The translations under genes were made by a program, and so were the position numbers. A stretch of DNA of 62,999 nt, counting the filler, from Octopus bimaculoides (taxonomy: Eukaryota): assembly GCF_001194135.2 (NCBI RefSeq). It is 5 parts of 5 records of this genome, joined end to end, with 100 filler letters (N's around TTAATTAATTAA, not from the genome) between each part and the next. Parts side by side here need not be neighbours in the genome. Positions count along the whole stretch, not along the records: positions 1 to 15,254 come from NC_068981.1; positions 15,355 to 28,891 come from NC_068997.1; 3 more parts are not named here. One strand, given 5' to 3'. A model generated the notes under the pieces. The model was not told the DNA's origin. It did not search any database and worked only from the letters and a program-made list of their open reading frames with translations. Below are positions 12,189 to 24,599 of this stretch, piece after piece; positions within the stretch are counted from its first letter, which is position 1, and each line of letters opens with the position of its first letter.

Positions 12189-12190
<2 letters not shown>
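11987..12190 (-). mobile_element. Family H element embedded in (TA)n on both sides
   Basis: Homology to the other family H copies; HHR-like segment 12087-12122. Confidence 0.78.
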
Positions 12191-12255
<65 letters not shown>

Positions 12256-12329
12256 TACTGTGGAAATTGTGTGTACAAATAAATGGATGATTGCTACTAT
12301 TGCGTTTACAGCTTTACGTTGCCTTGTCG

Positions 12330-12830
12330 TTGTTATGTATTGTACGACCGCAGCGCATTGATGACACCTCAACACTTTCCTCCCTATTAAGACTTAGTTC
12401 TCCAGCTGCCTTACCACTCTTGTGCAACCAGCTCTTTTTATTATGTCCAGTGCCTGCTTCTTGATCCAATGCCCTCTACTCTTCTTTCCATGATCATATT
12501 TTCCAAACCTGCCCCATTGTTTTCACAATGTCCAGGAGAGTTGTCTTCCCCTTTTTCTTGTAACACCCATTCATTTGCTCTATGATCCTTGTAAGATACT
12601 CGTAACATTCTCCTCAACACTCGCATTTTAAATGCATTGATTGTATTCTCTTCAAATTTGTGCAGAATCCATACTTCACAGCCGGAAATGCCTACTGGTC
12701 AAATAAGCGCTTACACTATCCTTGCTTTTGACTTAGAGACACTTCCGCTATTCCAGATGTTTTGGAGCTTTTCGCCTAACATTCTTTCCATGGCTAGTCG
12801 TGTCCTAATCTGCTTCTAACATTTGGTTTC
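12330..12830 (-). mobile_element. RTE-clade (BovB-like) LINE, C-terminal ORF and 3' end
   Basis: Minus translation IRTRLAM..LQNIWNS..SKARIV*ALI*PVGISGCEVWIL..INAFKMRVLRRMLRVSYKDHRANEWVL matches RTE RT C-terminal motifs. Confidence 0.85.
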
Positions 12831-12831
12831 A

Positions 12832-13485
12832 CCAGATTGGTGCACAGCAGTATATGTACCCATACACAAGGGGGAAGACCTACCTATGTTTGAGAATTAT
12901 CAAACAGTCGCTTTGATATGACATGCAAATAACATACTAGAGCATTTGAAACCATTCCCCGAACAAGAAATGGCTAAAGAACTAGCTGGCTTTAGAAGTA
13001 GATGTGACACAAGAGATCATCTTATTTCACGCAGGAACATACAAACTTACAAATCACCTTTACCACATCGATTACTATGCAAACTATGGCTACATGTGAC
13101 GTATCGCAGCTAATGTCGGCATTCTGAAGCTGCTCATTAAGTCCCATCGGGCAGCTTTACATTCAGCTAAAGTCCTGAGTAAATAATGAGAGAACACAGA
13201 AAAGTTAAAAACTGGGAAATGAGTACTTTAGGACTGCATTCTCTCTCCATTCTTCCTCTTGCTCATCATCTATGCTGAGTGTATAATGCGAGAAGCAACA
13301 CAAAATGACGGCATCAAAACATATGGCTTCCGTATTTCTAATCTAAAGTATGTGGCTGATAATGGCTGATAAGATTGAAGCCTGATTGCAAGAAATGATA
13401 AATGCAATCAAGATGGTATGAAATACGCATGGTTTGTACCTCAACCATAACAAACAATTGTCATGGTGACAGGAAAAGAGAAAGT
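12832..13485 (+). mobile_element. RTE-clade LINE reverse-transcriptase core, inverted relative to the adjacent 3' segment
   Basis: Plus translation PDWCTAVYVPIHK..NYQTVALI*HA..LAGFRSRCDTRDH..IDY..CILSP..IYAECIMREA..ISNLKYVAD..TIVMVTG corresponds to RT domains 1-6. Confidence 0.85.
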
Positions 13486-13497
13486 AAATGTTAAACT

Positions 13498-13577
13498 CTG
13501 TTTGAACCTCTCATTGCCCTGTTTAACATTAGGTTAACCAGAGTAATGTTAAACAAGGCAATAACAAGTTCAAACAG
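13498..13577. repeat. 80-bp imperfect hairpin
   Basis: CTGTTTGAAC/GTTCAAACAG outer arms and 19-bp inner arms (13513-13531 and 13544-13562) with a 12-nt loop. Confidence 0.75.
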
Positions 13578-13854
13578 GTTGAATTGTACAAGAGCTCTTG
13601 TAGATTATCATAATTCAGCCTGCATTCTATAAAGTTGGTGAGTAAATTCTATATTAAACAGTATTACTTGTTATGAGCTGTAGAGAGTTCAAAATAACCA
13701 TTATATTGAAACGTGCAAAGGAACTATTATATAAACTGGCGTTTATCCTTATTTATCCCAAACAATTATATATACATGTATGTTTGGATGTGTGTGAAAT
13801 AACGTGACCTAGAGATTAGTGTATTGCACTCTCATTTTTAATTGTGGATTAGCA

Positions 13855-13990
13855 GAGCAGCGGTTTGTTGTGTTCTTCAGCAAAACACTTCATTTCACGT
13901 TACTTCGGTCCATTCGGTTGTAAACGGTTCAGTCACTATGCGACGGACTGGCGTTCCATTCAGGGGTTATGTTGGTCTGGATGCCTAAAC
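13855..13990 (+). mobile_element. Diverged SINE with a V-domain-like central motif
   Basis: GTGTTCTTCAGCAAAACACTTCATTTCAC...TGCGACGGACTGGCGTTCCATTCAGGGG resembles the V-SINE core as I recall it; not aligned. Confidence 0.5.
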
Positions 13991-14194
13991 AGCGCAGAAG
14001 CATGGATCAAACGTGCGAACGCTTGTCTGTGTGCGACTGTTCGCGTTGGATATGTGAGCATCAATGAAGTTTATCTACGCTAGTTTGCCGTTCGTATGTC
14101 TGACTGAATATACAAGCGCAATGCACGTGTTAGTAGTATCCATGTCACGCGTATGCATTCGTTTGCATGTGAGTATCTGTATGCAAATTTCTCA

Positions 14195-14455
14195 CGACGA
14201 TCATTAGATCGATTCCCTGCTGTGTCGTATCCTTGAGCAAGACGCTTTATTTCGCTGGCAAAAATGAGTAGTAATTGTGTTTCAAAGGGTCAGCCCCGTC
14301 ACACTCTGTATCATACTGAATCTCCCTAAGAACTACGTTAAGGGTACACTTGCCTGTGGAGTGCTCTGTCGTTCGAACGTCAATTTCACGAGCAAGCCGT
14401 TCCGTTGATGGAGTCAACTAGAACTCTCGTCGTCGTAACCGACGGAGAGCCAGTA
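14195..14455 (+). mobile_element. SINE sharing the family C 3' tail
   Basis: CAAAGGGTCAGCC...AACTACGTTAAGGGTACAC...GTCGTAACCGACGGAG matches the tail of 44252-44634. Confidence 0.8.
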
Positions 14456-15354
14456 AGATAATAGCTGAGGAAGTGGATTTTAATGTGTGAGAAATTTAGA
14501 TTTGTCTTGGAGTCATGTTTGTATAATTCGCTTATTGCTGCATCTGATTCGGATTGGATCAAATGGATATGTAAGCGTAAGCAATCTATACACCGAAAAT
14601 AAAATGTGTTTTATTCTATGTATACCTATTTGAATGCGACCTGGGCGTATATTATCCGACATTGGTATGTAAGTATACGCGAATATGTAAGTAAGACTGT
14701 GAGATTTGTTTGCTACGTTTACGATCGGTTGGGAGGTGTATCTGTGTATGTGTGTGTTTCTGTGCATAATTTGTGTATGTATGTGGTATTAAAGTGCGTG
14801 ATTTTCGTGTATGAATGTTTGGGAGTAAATATGGGAATATCTAAGGGATATCAGATTGATATATGTATACATATATGCAGACATTTGAGTAGTGAAGCAT
14901 TTGCCTCTCCATATTTTTAAGAGGCCATGTGCAAATGGGTTTTGGAGATTTAACGATACGTCATGAAGCTAAACCCTTTATGGACGGGAAACCTAATATA
15001 ACCCCACAAATAAATTACAAATCATAAAGCTCTAAAGGAAATAGCAGATGCCAAAAACCTACATATATGCTTCGATTCATGCCCCTAGCTGATTAGTAAT
15101 TCTTCCATCATTATTAACAATATTTACTATTATAATAATTCCTAACATATCGCCGAGACATTCTCCCTATATGATAGTGACTAACTAGTGAAATTTTTGG
15201 ACTATTTAATCCCTAATGTAATATTTCTAATTATATATATATATATATATATATNNNNNNNNNNNNNNNNNNNNNNNNNNNNNNNNNNNNNNNNNNNNTT
15301 AATTAATTAANNNNNNNNNNNNNNNNNNNNNNNNNNNNNNNNNNNNNNNNNNNN

Positions 15355-15521
15355 AGGTTTTGATACATTTTATTACATTTAAATTTCTATCTTACAATTA
15401 ACTAAATTAGCATAGAATAATGGTTTCATATATTTTTATAATTAAGATCTAAGCTGTTAATATATGAATGCGAAAGAGGTAGTTGAATAATTGTAAACGC
15501 ACTTTTGGGCCACCTTGTATA
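15355..15521. mobile_element. Tc1/mariner-type terminal fragment
   Basis: Ends in TTTTGGGCCACCTTG followed by TA, typical of CAGGGTG-type TIRs; the other end is lost in a gap. Confidence 0.45.
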
Positions 15522-15524
15522 TAG

Positions 15525-15945
15525 CAAGCTAGCAGAATCATTAACGCACCGGATAAAATGTTTAACGGTATTTCTACCGGTTGTTAACGTTCCGAGTTAA
15601 AATTCCTTGGAGCTTGACTTTGCCTTTCGTTCTTACAGGGGAGATAAAATAGGTACCAGCCGAGCACTGGAGTTGATGTAATCGACTTCTTCCCCCACCC
15701 CACACGTAATTTCTGACTCTTCCCAAAATTTGGAATAATATTGGTTACAAATTTTGGCGCAGAACCAGCAAGCACGATGGAAGTTTGATAAGACGATTAC
15801 ATCGACCCAAGTGTCCAACTGGTACTTTATCGCCCCCGAAAGGATGAAAGGCAAAGTCAAAGTCGGCCGAATTTGAACTCAGAACGTGAAGTCGGACGAA
15901 AGCATTCTGCCCGCCGTGCTAATGATGATGCTAGCTCGCCACCCT
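15525..15945. mobile_element. Tail-to-tail pair of SINE family A copies (plus about 15525-15745, minus about 15750-15945)
   Basis: The two copies are in opposite orientation and meet at CCCAAAATTTGG...ACAAATTTTGG. Confidence 0.85.
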
Positions 15946-16162
15946 AAAAAGATTTTGAAATAGTAATAATAATAATAGTATCTGAAATTCTTACTGTTTT
16001 GTGTGAATCTCATTTTATGGGTTTTTGAATATATTATCGTTATTTTTGCTTCACTTTCAAGTATTTGTCCCCAGTATCTAACGCATATAAAGCTATACCA
16101 AAAGAAATGTGTGTGTGTGTATGGATTTGCATATATATTCATATGTATGTCAGTGCTCTTGT

Positions 16163-16251
16163 ATCCTTGTATCTAGGTTTCTAACCTAGATACAAGGATC
16201 CTTCATTGGAATTTCAACATCAACAACAGGGTATGTATGTATATATGTATG

Positions 16252-16285
<34 letters not shown>

Positions 16286-16880
16286 TATATGTATGTATGT
16301 ATGTATGTTTGTGTGTATGTATGTATGTATGTATGTATGTATGTTTGTGTGTATGTATGTATGTATGTATGTATGTATGTATGTATGCATGTATGTATGT
16401 ATATGTGCAGATTTATNNNNNNNNNNCATATCTAGACATGCTCATATATATTTAAATGAGAAACTTCTGGAAAGTTTTACAGATTTGTATAGTTCCAGTG
16501 ATGGATTGGATCTGGTGTCTTCCTATTAGCTTTCTCCCTTCTGGTTTTGAGAAGCCTAATTTCTAAGGATCGGTATTTAGGCATTGTATTACATATCCCA
16601 GGGCCGCAATAATTACAAGTAGAAACCTGAACTTGTAATTTGGATAGAGTAACTGCAGATTTCTCAGTATTTCAGCATAGATATGCTCTTTTTCACTGAT
16701 CTTCAGCTTTATGTAAACATCTACTGGTCAGCTAATTTCCACAACTGTACAGTTTCTCTTCTCTATCCCAAATTATTATATCAGGTCTGTTGTGCTTACA
16801 TTTTATTGGGGTCTTCACTGGGACATTCCGCCAGTACTCCTTTTTATTATGAGTGGTTATTACTTCTACCATACTGTGAG
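16163..16880 (-). mobile_element. Dong/R4-type LINE 3' fragment with restriction-like endonuclease
   Basis: Minus translation YWRNVPVKTPIKCKHNRPDIIIWDREEK..VEIS..GYVIQCLNT..LGFSKPE..QSITGTIQICKTFQKF contains the RPD...E RLE motif. The 3' UTR has an internal (TACA)n. Confidence 0.8.
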
Positions 16881-18731
16881 TTCTTATTCTTTTGTCCTCG
16901 GGGTTATGGGTGTGTGTGTATGTGTATGTGCGTGCGCGCGTGCGTGAGTCTGTGTATGTACATGTTTATATGAAAGAAGTAATCCTCCGTGGATGGAAAC
17001 AGGCAGTAGCGCAGTTCCGGATGAAAGCACTAAAAAGAACTGAAACCTGTTGGGCCGATGTTTCCTTTTCTCTCAACGTAGATATTCTATAGGTATTTAT
17101 TCACCGTTTCTGGATGTGTCTAATTACACATATTGTGTTAGGTAAGCCTTGTACAAATACAATACATATAATCTGTTAACAATTAGTTTACGAATCACGC
17201 TGAGCTCATCAATATAATAAGTTGATTTCACTAGCTGCCACTAATACGCTATTTATGCAAATCAGGTCATTTCGGCTTTATGAAGCCCCAAATTCTAGTC
17301 ATTACATAAACAATTTTCCCATACACAGATGTTAGGCGGGTAATCTGTTGTTGATGAGAGGCCGAAATAGATCCGAAGTTTGTTCGCAAGAAGATTGTAT
17401 AGCCATTTCCTCACATTTGCCATAGATATCCAATTATCCACAGTGTCGGTTGTAGTTTTGTATTTCTGGAGCAAATTTACTACCTGTTGCCCCTTATATG
17501 TGTGTGTGTGTGTCTGTGTGTGTGTGTACTCAATTCTATATGTAGCGTGAAATTTTTCAAGAAATGAAGAATGTAATAAATTCCAGAGATTGCCAGTTTT
17601 AACTCTAGATTCTTCAAGTTGAAGAAAGGAGGATTGAGTCTACCTGATACTAGAATATACTGAAATGTTCAAATTCTCAATATGCAAACGTACTTACATA
17701 CAGACGCACACAAACAGACACGCTCGCGTGCGGACACTAATATATATATTTATATAATTATATATGTATGTATATGTATATATACACATATGTGTGTGTG
17801 TATATATAAATATATATATATANNNNNNNNNNNNNNNNNNNNNNNNNNNNNNNNNNNNNNNNNNNNNNNNNNNNNNNNNNNNNNNNNNNNNNNNNNNNNN
17901 NNNNNNNNNNNNNNNNNNNNNNNNNNNNNNNNNNNNNNNNNNNNNNNNNNNNNNNNNNNNNNNNNNNNNNNNNNNNNNNNNNNNNNNNNNNNNNNNNNNN
18001 NNNNNNNNNNNNNNNNNNNNNNNNNNNNNNNNNNNNNNNNNNNNNNNNNNNNNNNNNNNNNNNNNNNNNNNNNNNNNNNNNNNNNNNNNNNNNNNNNNNN
18101 NNNNNNNNNNNNNNNNNNNNNNNNNNNNNNNNNNNNNNNNNNNNNNNNNNNNNNNNNNNNNNNNNNNNNNNNNNNNNNNNNNNNNNNNNNNNNNNNNNNN
18201 NNNNNNNNNNNNNNNNNNNNNNNNNNNNNNNNNNNNNNNNNNNNNNNNNNNNNNNNNNNNNNNNNNNNNNNNNNNNNNNNNNNNNNNNNNNNNNNNNNNN
18301 NNNNNNNNNNNNNNNNNNNNNNNNNNNNNNNNNNNNNNNNNNNNNNNNNNNNNNNNNNNNNNNNNNNNNNNNNNNNNNNNNNNNNNNNNNNNNNNNNNNN
18401 NNNNNNNNNNNNNNNNNNNNNNNNNNNNNNNNNNNNNNNNNNNNNNNNNNNNNNNNNNNNNNNNNNNNNNNNNNNNNNNNNNNNNNNNNNNNNNNNNNNN
18501 NNNNNNNNNNNNNNNNNNNNNNNNNNNNNNNNNNNNNNNNNNNNNNNNNNNNNNNNNNNNNNNNNNNNNNNNNNNNNNNNNNNNNNNNNNNNNNNNNNNN
18601 NNNNNNNNNNNNNNNNNNNNNNNNNNNNNNNNNNNNNNNNNNNNNNNNNNNNNNNNNNNNNNNNNNNNNNNNNNNNNNNNNNNNNNNNNNNNNNNNNNNN
18701 NNNNNNNNNNNNNNNNNNNNNNNNNNNNNNN

Positions 18732-18773
<42 letters not shown>

Positions 18774-19041
18774 TTACATACGTGGTGAAGAGAAAGGAGA
18801 CTAAAGGGATGACATACTGGGTAGAGCTAGAAAAGTAGAAAAAAGTAGAAAAATAAATGTGGACATATATATATGTGTGCGTTATTAGATAGACACAGAC
18901 ACAAAGAGATATATGTATATATACAAACAGATCTATGTATATATATAAATATATGTATAGAGAGAGAGAGGAGGAGGAGAGAGGGAGGGAGAGATATATA
19001 ACTAGACAGACAGTCCGACAGACAGATAAATCGATAGATAA

Positions 19042-19082
<41 letters not shown>

Positions 19083-19161
19083 CCAAGAGACAGACATATA
19101 GACAAACAAATATATAAGGAGAAAGAAAGAGAGATGGACAGACAAAAAGGTAGATGATAGA

Positions 19162-19196
<35 letters not shown>

Positions 19197-22100
19197 TTAG
19201 ACAGAGAGAGAGAGAGAGAGAGAGAGAGNNNNNNNNNNNNNNNNNNNNNNNNNNNNNNNNNNNNNNNNNNNNNNNNNNNNNNNNNNNNNNNNNNNNNNNN
19301 NNNNNNNNNNNNNNNNNNNNNNNNNNNNNNNNNNNNNNNNNNNNNNNNNNNNNNNNNNNNNNNNNNNNNNNNNNNNNNNNNNNNNNNNNNNNNNNNNNNN
19401 NNNNNNNNNNNNNNNNNNNNNNNNNNNNNNNNNNNNNNNNNNNNNNNNNNNNNNNNNNNNNNNNNNNNNNNNNNNNNNNNNNNNNNNNNNNNNNNNNNNN
19501 NNNNNNNNNNNNNNNNNNNNNNNNNNNNNNNNNNNNNNNNNNNNNNNNNNNNNNNNNNNNNNNNNNNNNNNNNNNNNNNNNNNNNNNNNNNNNNNNNNNN
19601 NNNNNNNNNNNNNNNNNNNNNNNNNNNNNNNNNNNNNNNNNNNNNNNNNNNNNNNNNNNNNNNNNNNNNNNNNNNNNNNNNNNNNNNNNNNNNNNNNNNN
19701 NNNNNNNNNNNNNNNNNNNNNNNNNNNNNNNNNNNNNNNNNNNNNNNNNNNNNNNNNNNNNNNNNNNNNNNNNNNNNNNNNNNNNNNNNNNNNNNNNNNN
19801 NNNNNNNNNNNNNNNNNNNNNNNNNNNNNNNNNNNNNNNNNNNNNNNNNNNNNNNNNNNNNNNNNNNNNNNNNNNNNNNNNNNNNNNNNNNNNNNNNNNN
19901 NNNNNNNNNNNNNNNNNNNNNNNNNNNNNNNNNNNNNNNNNNNNNNNNNNNNNNNNNNNNNNNNNNNNNNNNNNNNNNNNNNNNNNNNNNNNNNNNNNNN
20001 NGCATGTATATGTACATATATATTTCTATGTGTGTATATGTGTGTCTGTGTGTGCCCCTATACCAATCTCGTTCAGCTATTTTATCTTTGTTGCTCTTAC
20101 TTCTCGTTCTCTTCTTTCTCTCCCACACTCTGTACTGCTCGCATTCTGTATATAATTTCTTTCTTTCTTTCTTTCTTTTTATTCCCTCTTTCCCGGTTCT
20201 TCTCTCTCTCTCTCTCTCTCTCCCTCTCCCTCTCTCTTCCTCTGTTGCATGCGTTCTTTTTCTCTTCTTTTTAATCTATCCTACGTTTTTTTCATATTCT
20301 CTACCCCGCTTTCTTACTCTCTCCCTTTCTCCTTTTCCCTTCTGTCTATTTTCCTTTACATGCCCGCTCTCCACCACCAGCAATAACACTTCCACCACCA
20401 CTGCCACCACCAGGATCTCCTTCACTGCCACCACCACTATCATTGCAGTGACTTACAGCATCACGTGATAGACAGAGACTTAGTGATTGGCGGACAGCAA
20501 ACTACTCTACTTCCCACGTTTATCGCATCTGCTAAATCAACGCCTATATATTGATTGCCGCCTTTATACTCATCCATATATATNNNNNNNNNNNNNNNNN
20601 NNNNNNNNNNNNNNNNNNNNNNNNNNNNNNNNNNNNNNNNNNNNNNNNNNNNNNNNNNNNNNNNNNNNNNNNNNNNNNNNNNNNNNNNNNNNNNNNNNNN
20701 NNNNNNNNNNNNNNNNNNTATATGTATGTATCTATTTATATATGTATGTCTATGCATGGGCATACATATAAAGGGGGTGTTGAGAATATATAAGACCTAC
20801 ACAGAAAGTATATACGCGTGAATATATAGACATATAGTTGTAACGACAGTCATAGATGTACATATATATTTATACAAAATATATATACACATAAAGATAT
20901 AAATAAAGCTATATACGAGTGTGTATATGCGTATATATGTATATATACATGCATATTTGCAATGCAGGACCAGATCTGATCATTTGGACAGTAAGCAGAC
21001 AACATCTACAACTCTAATTTCTGCAGACGATCTTTTTTTCCGAACATACAAGCAGTTACATTTATTGAAAAATATATATATATATACATATATAGAACAA
21101 AGAAAAACTTAAACACTTTTTTAAAGAACTGCATATTTTCATATTTATTTAATAACTTTCTTCTCCTTCACTTCCATCCTTGTCTCCACTTAGTTCTACT
21201 TTTCCTTTGTTTTATTCCACATCATCTACCTATCTAGCTATCTCTCTACCCACTCTATTTATCTTTCTGTTTATTTGTCTGTCTGTCTATTTAACCAACA
21301 CACACATATATCTACGCGCACACACACTCCAATTTCCTTTCTTTCTAGCATTCCTTCTTTCTTTCTTTTCGTCTTTTTTCTTCTTCCCTCATGTATGCAA
21401 TTAGAGTATCAAGCTCAAGGCGAATAAGCTGTTTTTTACAAGTATTCTTGTTATTTTCCGGACTTTTGAACTCTTTGCAATGGGGTGCGTTTGCCAGTTA
21501 TCTACCCAAGCAATTGGAACCACAGCAGAACTATCAGGTACTTTCACTTTCATTTTCTCTATCCCACCTATCTGAATATGTTTTGATATATTTTTCACTT
21601 GTTTGTTGCACTTTGTTTTTGTTCTTTTTATGTTTTATTTTTACAAGTTTATCTTTCACACAAGTTTGAATGATTTGTTTCAAAGTTGTTTCGCAAGTTA
21701 CATAGATTTTCATAAAGGTCTTTTGCCGGTCTTTTGTTTAAATTGTACACGAAAACTTAATGATATGACAGATAAAAGAGTGGAAGGAAAATAGGGGCAA
21801 GTTGGAAATTTGGTGCCGCTCTTGTGTGTATATATTTCAATATGTGACGTTCAGTATCTGAAGAATCTTACTCTCGACATGGCACTACGCTGTCTTTAAC
21901 AACGTCTATTCTGTTTGTAAACATTGCAACCAGGATCCCGTTCTTTGTCAAGCTTTACCCCGCCATTCGCAACAGCTCTGAAAAGCTTTATGGATTCTAA
22001 CCCACCTCCAGTAATTAAACTATTTAAACTACTAAAATTGAAATTGGAGCCACAGATTATTTAACATTGCTGATATACTCTGTTGATTCACGCATGCGCT

Positions 22101-22893
22101 CTTAGTTATATAGATATATCAGAAAGTTATGATGTTCATGACTTTCCGAAGAACAATAGTTTATCAGGGAAGTCATGCAGAAATCGTAATGTTTTCTTTT
22201 AAACGCGCATGACGTTTCAAAGTTATGTTCGTGAGAGAGAGGGGGCGGGCAAAATAGGATGAGGTGGTATGCATTTCTTTCCTTTCCCCGAGTTGCTAGT
22301 ATTGGGAATTATTACAAAATACAATTCTGAACTGAATTAACGGATCGCTTATTTCATCTGCAATGTTGTGGCATTCATGATTTTCCAAAGCAGTTGTAGT
22401 ATTGTACTATATAAGATAGATTACATGTACAACAAGACGCTTCTTTTTCAGTTACCTTTAGCGAATGGAGCAGTTATTCAGGGGAAATATGAAAGCTTGT
22501 TATATATACATATATGTGTGTGTGTATGTATATGTGTGTATATACACATATGTGTATGTATATATGCATATACATACATCTATATATATATATGTATTAT
22601 ATATACAAACGTAATATATACACACACACACATATATATATATAGTTATATATACATGTGTACATATGCACGTACATATGTGTTTGCATGTGGTTTACAT
22701 ATATATATGTGTGTGTATGTCTGTCCGTTTGTTCACGTTTACTGAAAGTCCTGTAAATTAGCGATTCGACAAATACAACAACGATGAAATATGTATTTGA
22801 AAGAAATACAGGAGTCGATAGGTCTGAAAGTAGTAAACGGATTAAAGATTAAAATGGTATATCCAATCATTAGTCAAAATAATATTCTCAAGA

Positions 22894-23055
22894 CCTTTCG
22901 TCAATCTTTACTTTCTGAGTTCGAATTCCGCCGAGATCGACTTTCCCTTTCATCCTTTCGGGGTCGAGAAATTAAGTACCTTTTGCGTACTGGGGTCGAT
23001 CTAATCGACTAGCCCCTTCACCCAAAATTTCGAGCCTTTGTCTAGAATAGAAAAG
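22894..23055 (+). mobile_element. 5'-truncated SINE family A with a 13-bp target-site duplication
   Basis: AATATTCTCAAGA at 22881-22893 and 23056-23068. Confidence 0.85.
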
Positions 23056-23154
23056 AATATTCTCAAGATCACCAGTAACGCCATCACACGTCAACTTCGA
23101 ATATCTAAGATATAAAAATTTCTACCATCATCACAGATGATATTGTTGTTGTTG

Positions 23155-23290
23155 TTGTTGTTTTGCCCCCGGGCCATCCCTAATCAAGCAGAGCAGTCCT
23201 ATAGATCAACGATATACATTTTGTAACTATCCTCTCATTTAAGGGTAATCTAGAACTTCATTAACTAGTATGTCCTTTCGTTATTTATGA
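23155..23290 (+). repeat. Interspersed repeat family D
   Basis: GCCCC.GG.CA.CCCT.ATC.AGCAGA..TAT.GATCAA shared with 25490-25620, 28350-28475, 40675-40830 (minus), 49200-49330 and 58433-58675. Confidence 0.6.
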
Positions 23291-23292
23291 TG

Positions 23293-23745
23293 GGGAAGAC
23301 GGCGAGCTGGAAGAACCGTTACCGCGCCCTGACAATATGCTAAGCAGCATTTCTTTCGTCTTTATGTTCTGAGTTCAAATTCCGCCGAGGTCGACTTTGC
23401 CTTTCATCCTTTTGGGGTCGATTAAATAAGTTTCATTCAATCATTGGAAGTCAATATAATCGATTAGCTCCCCATTCCAAATTTTTAGGCTCTCTGCCTA
23501 TAGTAGAAAGGATCATTTATGATGGACGAGTGCAGTTGAGTGGCCGAATCGTTAGAGTGTCGGGCAAAATGATTTGTGATATTTTTCCCTATCTTTCATG
23601 TTCTGAGTTCAAATCCCACTGAGCTCAACTTTACCTTTTATTTTTCCAAAATCGATAAGATATTGTACCAGGCAAGTAATGGAGTCGATGTAATCGACTA
23701 ATTTCTTTCTCCAGTAATTGTTGACCTTGTGCCTAAAGAAAAACA
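23293..23745 (+). mobile_element. Two tandem SINE family A copies (about 23293-23515 and 23525-23745)
   Basis: Each has the GGCGAGCTGG/GAATCGTTAG head and the GAGTTCAAAT.CC.C.GAG body. Confidence 0.85.
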
Positions 23746-23812
23746 ATAGCAAGGTAGGATACGATCTAAGGCAGATTTCGTTGTTATTTCTGGCAAACTG
23801 AACAGTTAAAAA

Positions 23813-24069
23813 CAGTCGTTCTCAACCGGGATCCACATGAGCCTTGGGAGTCCATATAAGATTTCGTTGTTAAAATTTGTGCAATAAATTGGTTATACTT
23901 CTACAACACACAAAATATTTTGATAATTTTTTATGCAATTCCTAATAAGATTTAATTATAAAAATATAATAGGATTTTTTTGAACATCAAATAGGACCGA
24001 GTAGAGGGCACCAGAATAAAATAGGAATAAAGCAAAGATCTATTGCCAAAAAATGGTTACGAAACACTG
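23813..24069. mobile_element. hAT (Charlie-like) MITE
   Basis: Termini CAGTCGTTCTCAACC ... GGTTACGAAACACTG; the right flank GTTTAGAA resembles the NTCTAGAN hAT target. Confidence 0.65.
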
Positions 24070-24094
24070 GTTTAGAAGTTCCTGCTTGTTTATA

Positions 24095-24318
24095 CAGGGC
24101 ATGCAAAAGTAGGTGTACAATAAGTATCACATGAATGTTGTAATACTTAATTCATTAAAATTATTTACACATTAGATTAGTTAGCCTCATTTTTTAATAT
24201 TTTCAATGTCATTAATCATAATAATACATTTATCGTAACTTTTTTTTTTATAAAAATAAATGAATATTGTACGTGTTATCTTTTTTCATCACTGTATACC
24301 TACTTTTGCACCACCCTG
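24095..24318. mobile_element. Tc1/mariner-type MITE with TA TSD
   Basis: TA-CAGGGCATGCAAAAGTAGGT ... ACCTACTTTTGCACCACCCTG-TA. Confidence 0.85.
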
Positions 24319-24549
24319 TATGTATCTGCATTAAACTTTAATACTCTATAGGTTACAATAGCCACTACTAAGTATAACAGCTTCTGAGGAAGATACGAAC
24401 TCAGAATCTATCGAGGAGAAACTAAGTACTACAGAAAAGGCCAATTAGTCTGGTTTTTAGCTATTCGAAGATTTCGAAGAAAATTGACGGAAAGTTATGT
24501 TCTGAACTATCCGTGTTGTTGTAGTCCTAACTATGTACATACGGGGGCG

Positions 24550-24599
<50 letters not shown>

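Noticed and set aside
15255-15354. TTAATTAATTAA centred in N runs (also near 28937, 53055 and 61716)
   Set aside because: At 15255-15354 the layout is 44 N + 12 bp + 44 N = 100 bp, and the 12-mer has stops in all six frames. The other three look the same. This is an artificial assembly spacer, not biology.
17355-17385. TTGATGAGAGGCCGAAATAG, a hammerhead-like string
   Set aside because: No helix II can form between UGAUGA and GAAA, and helices I and III are unconvincing.
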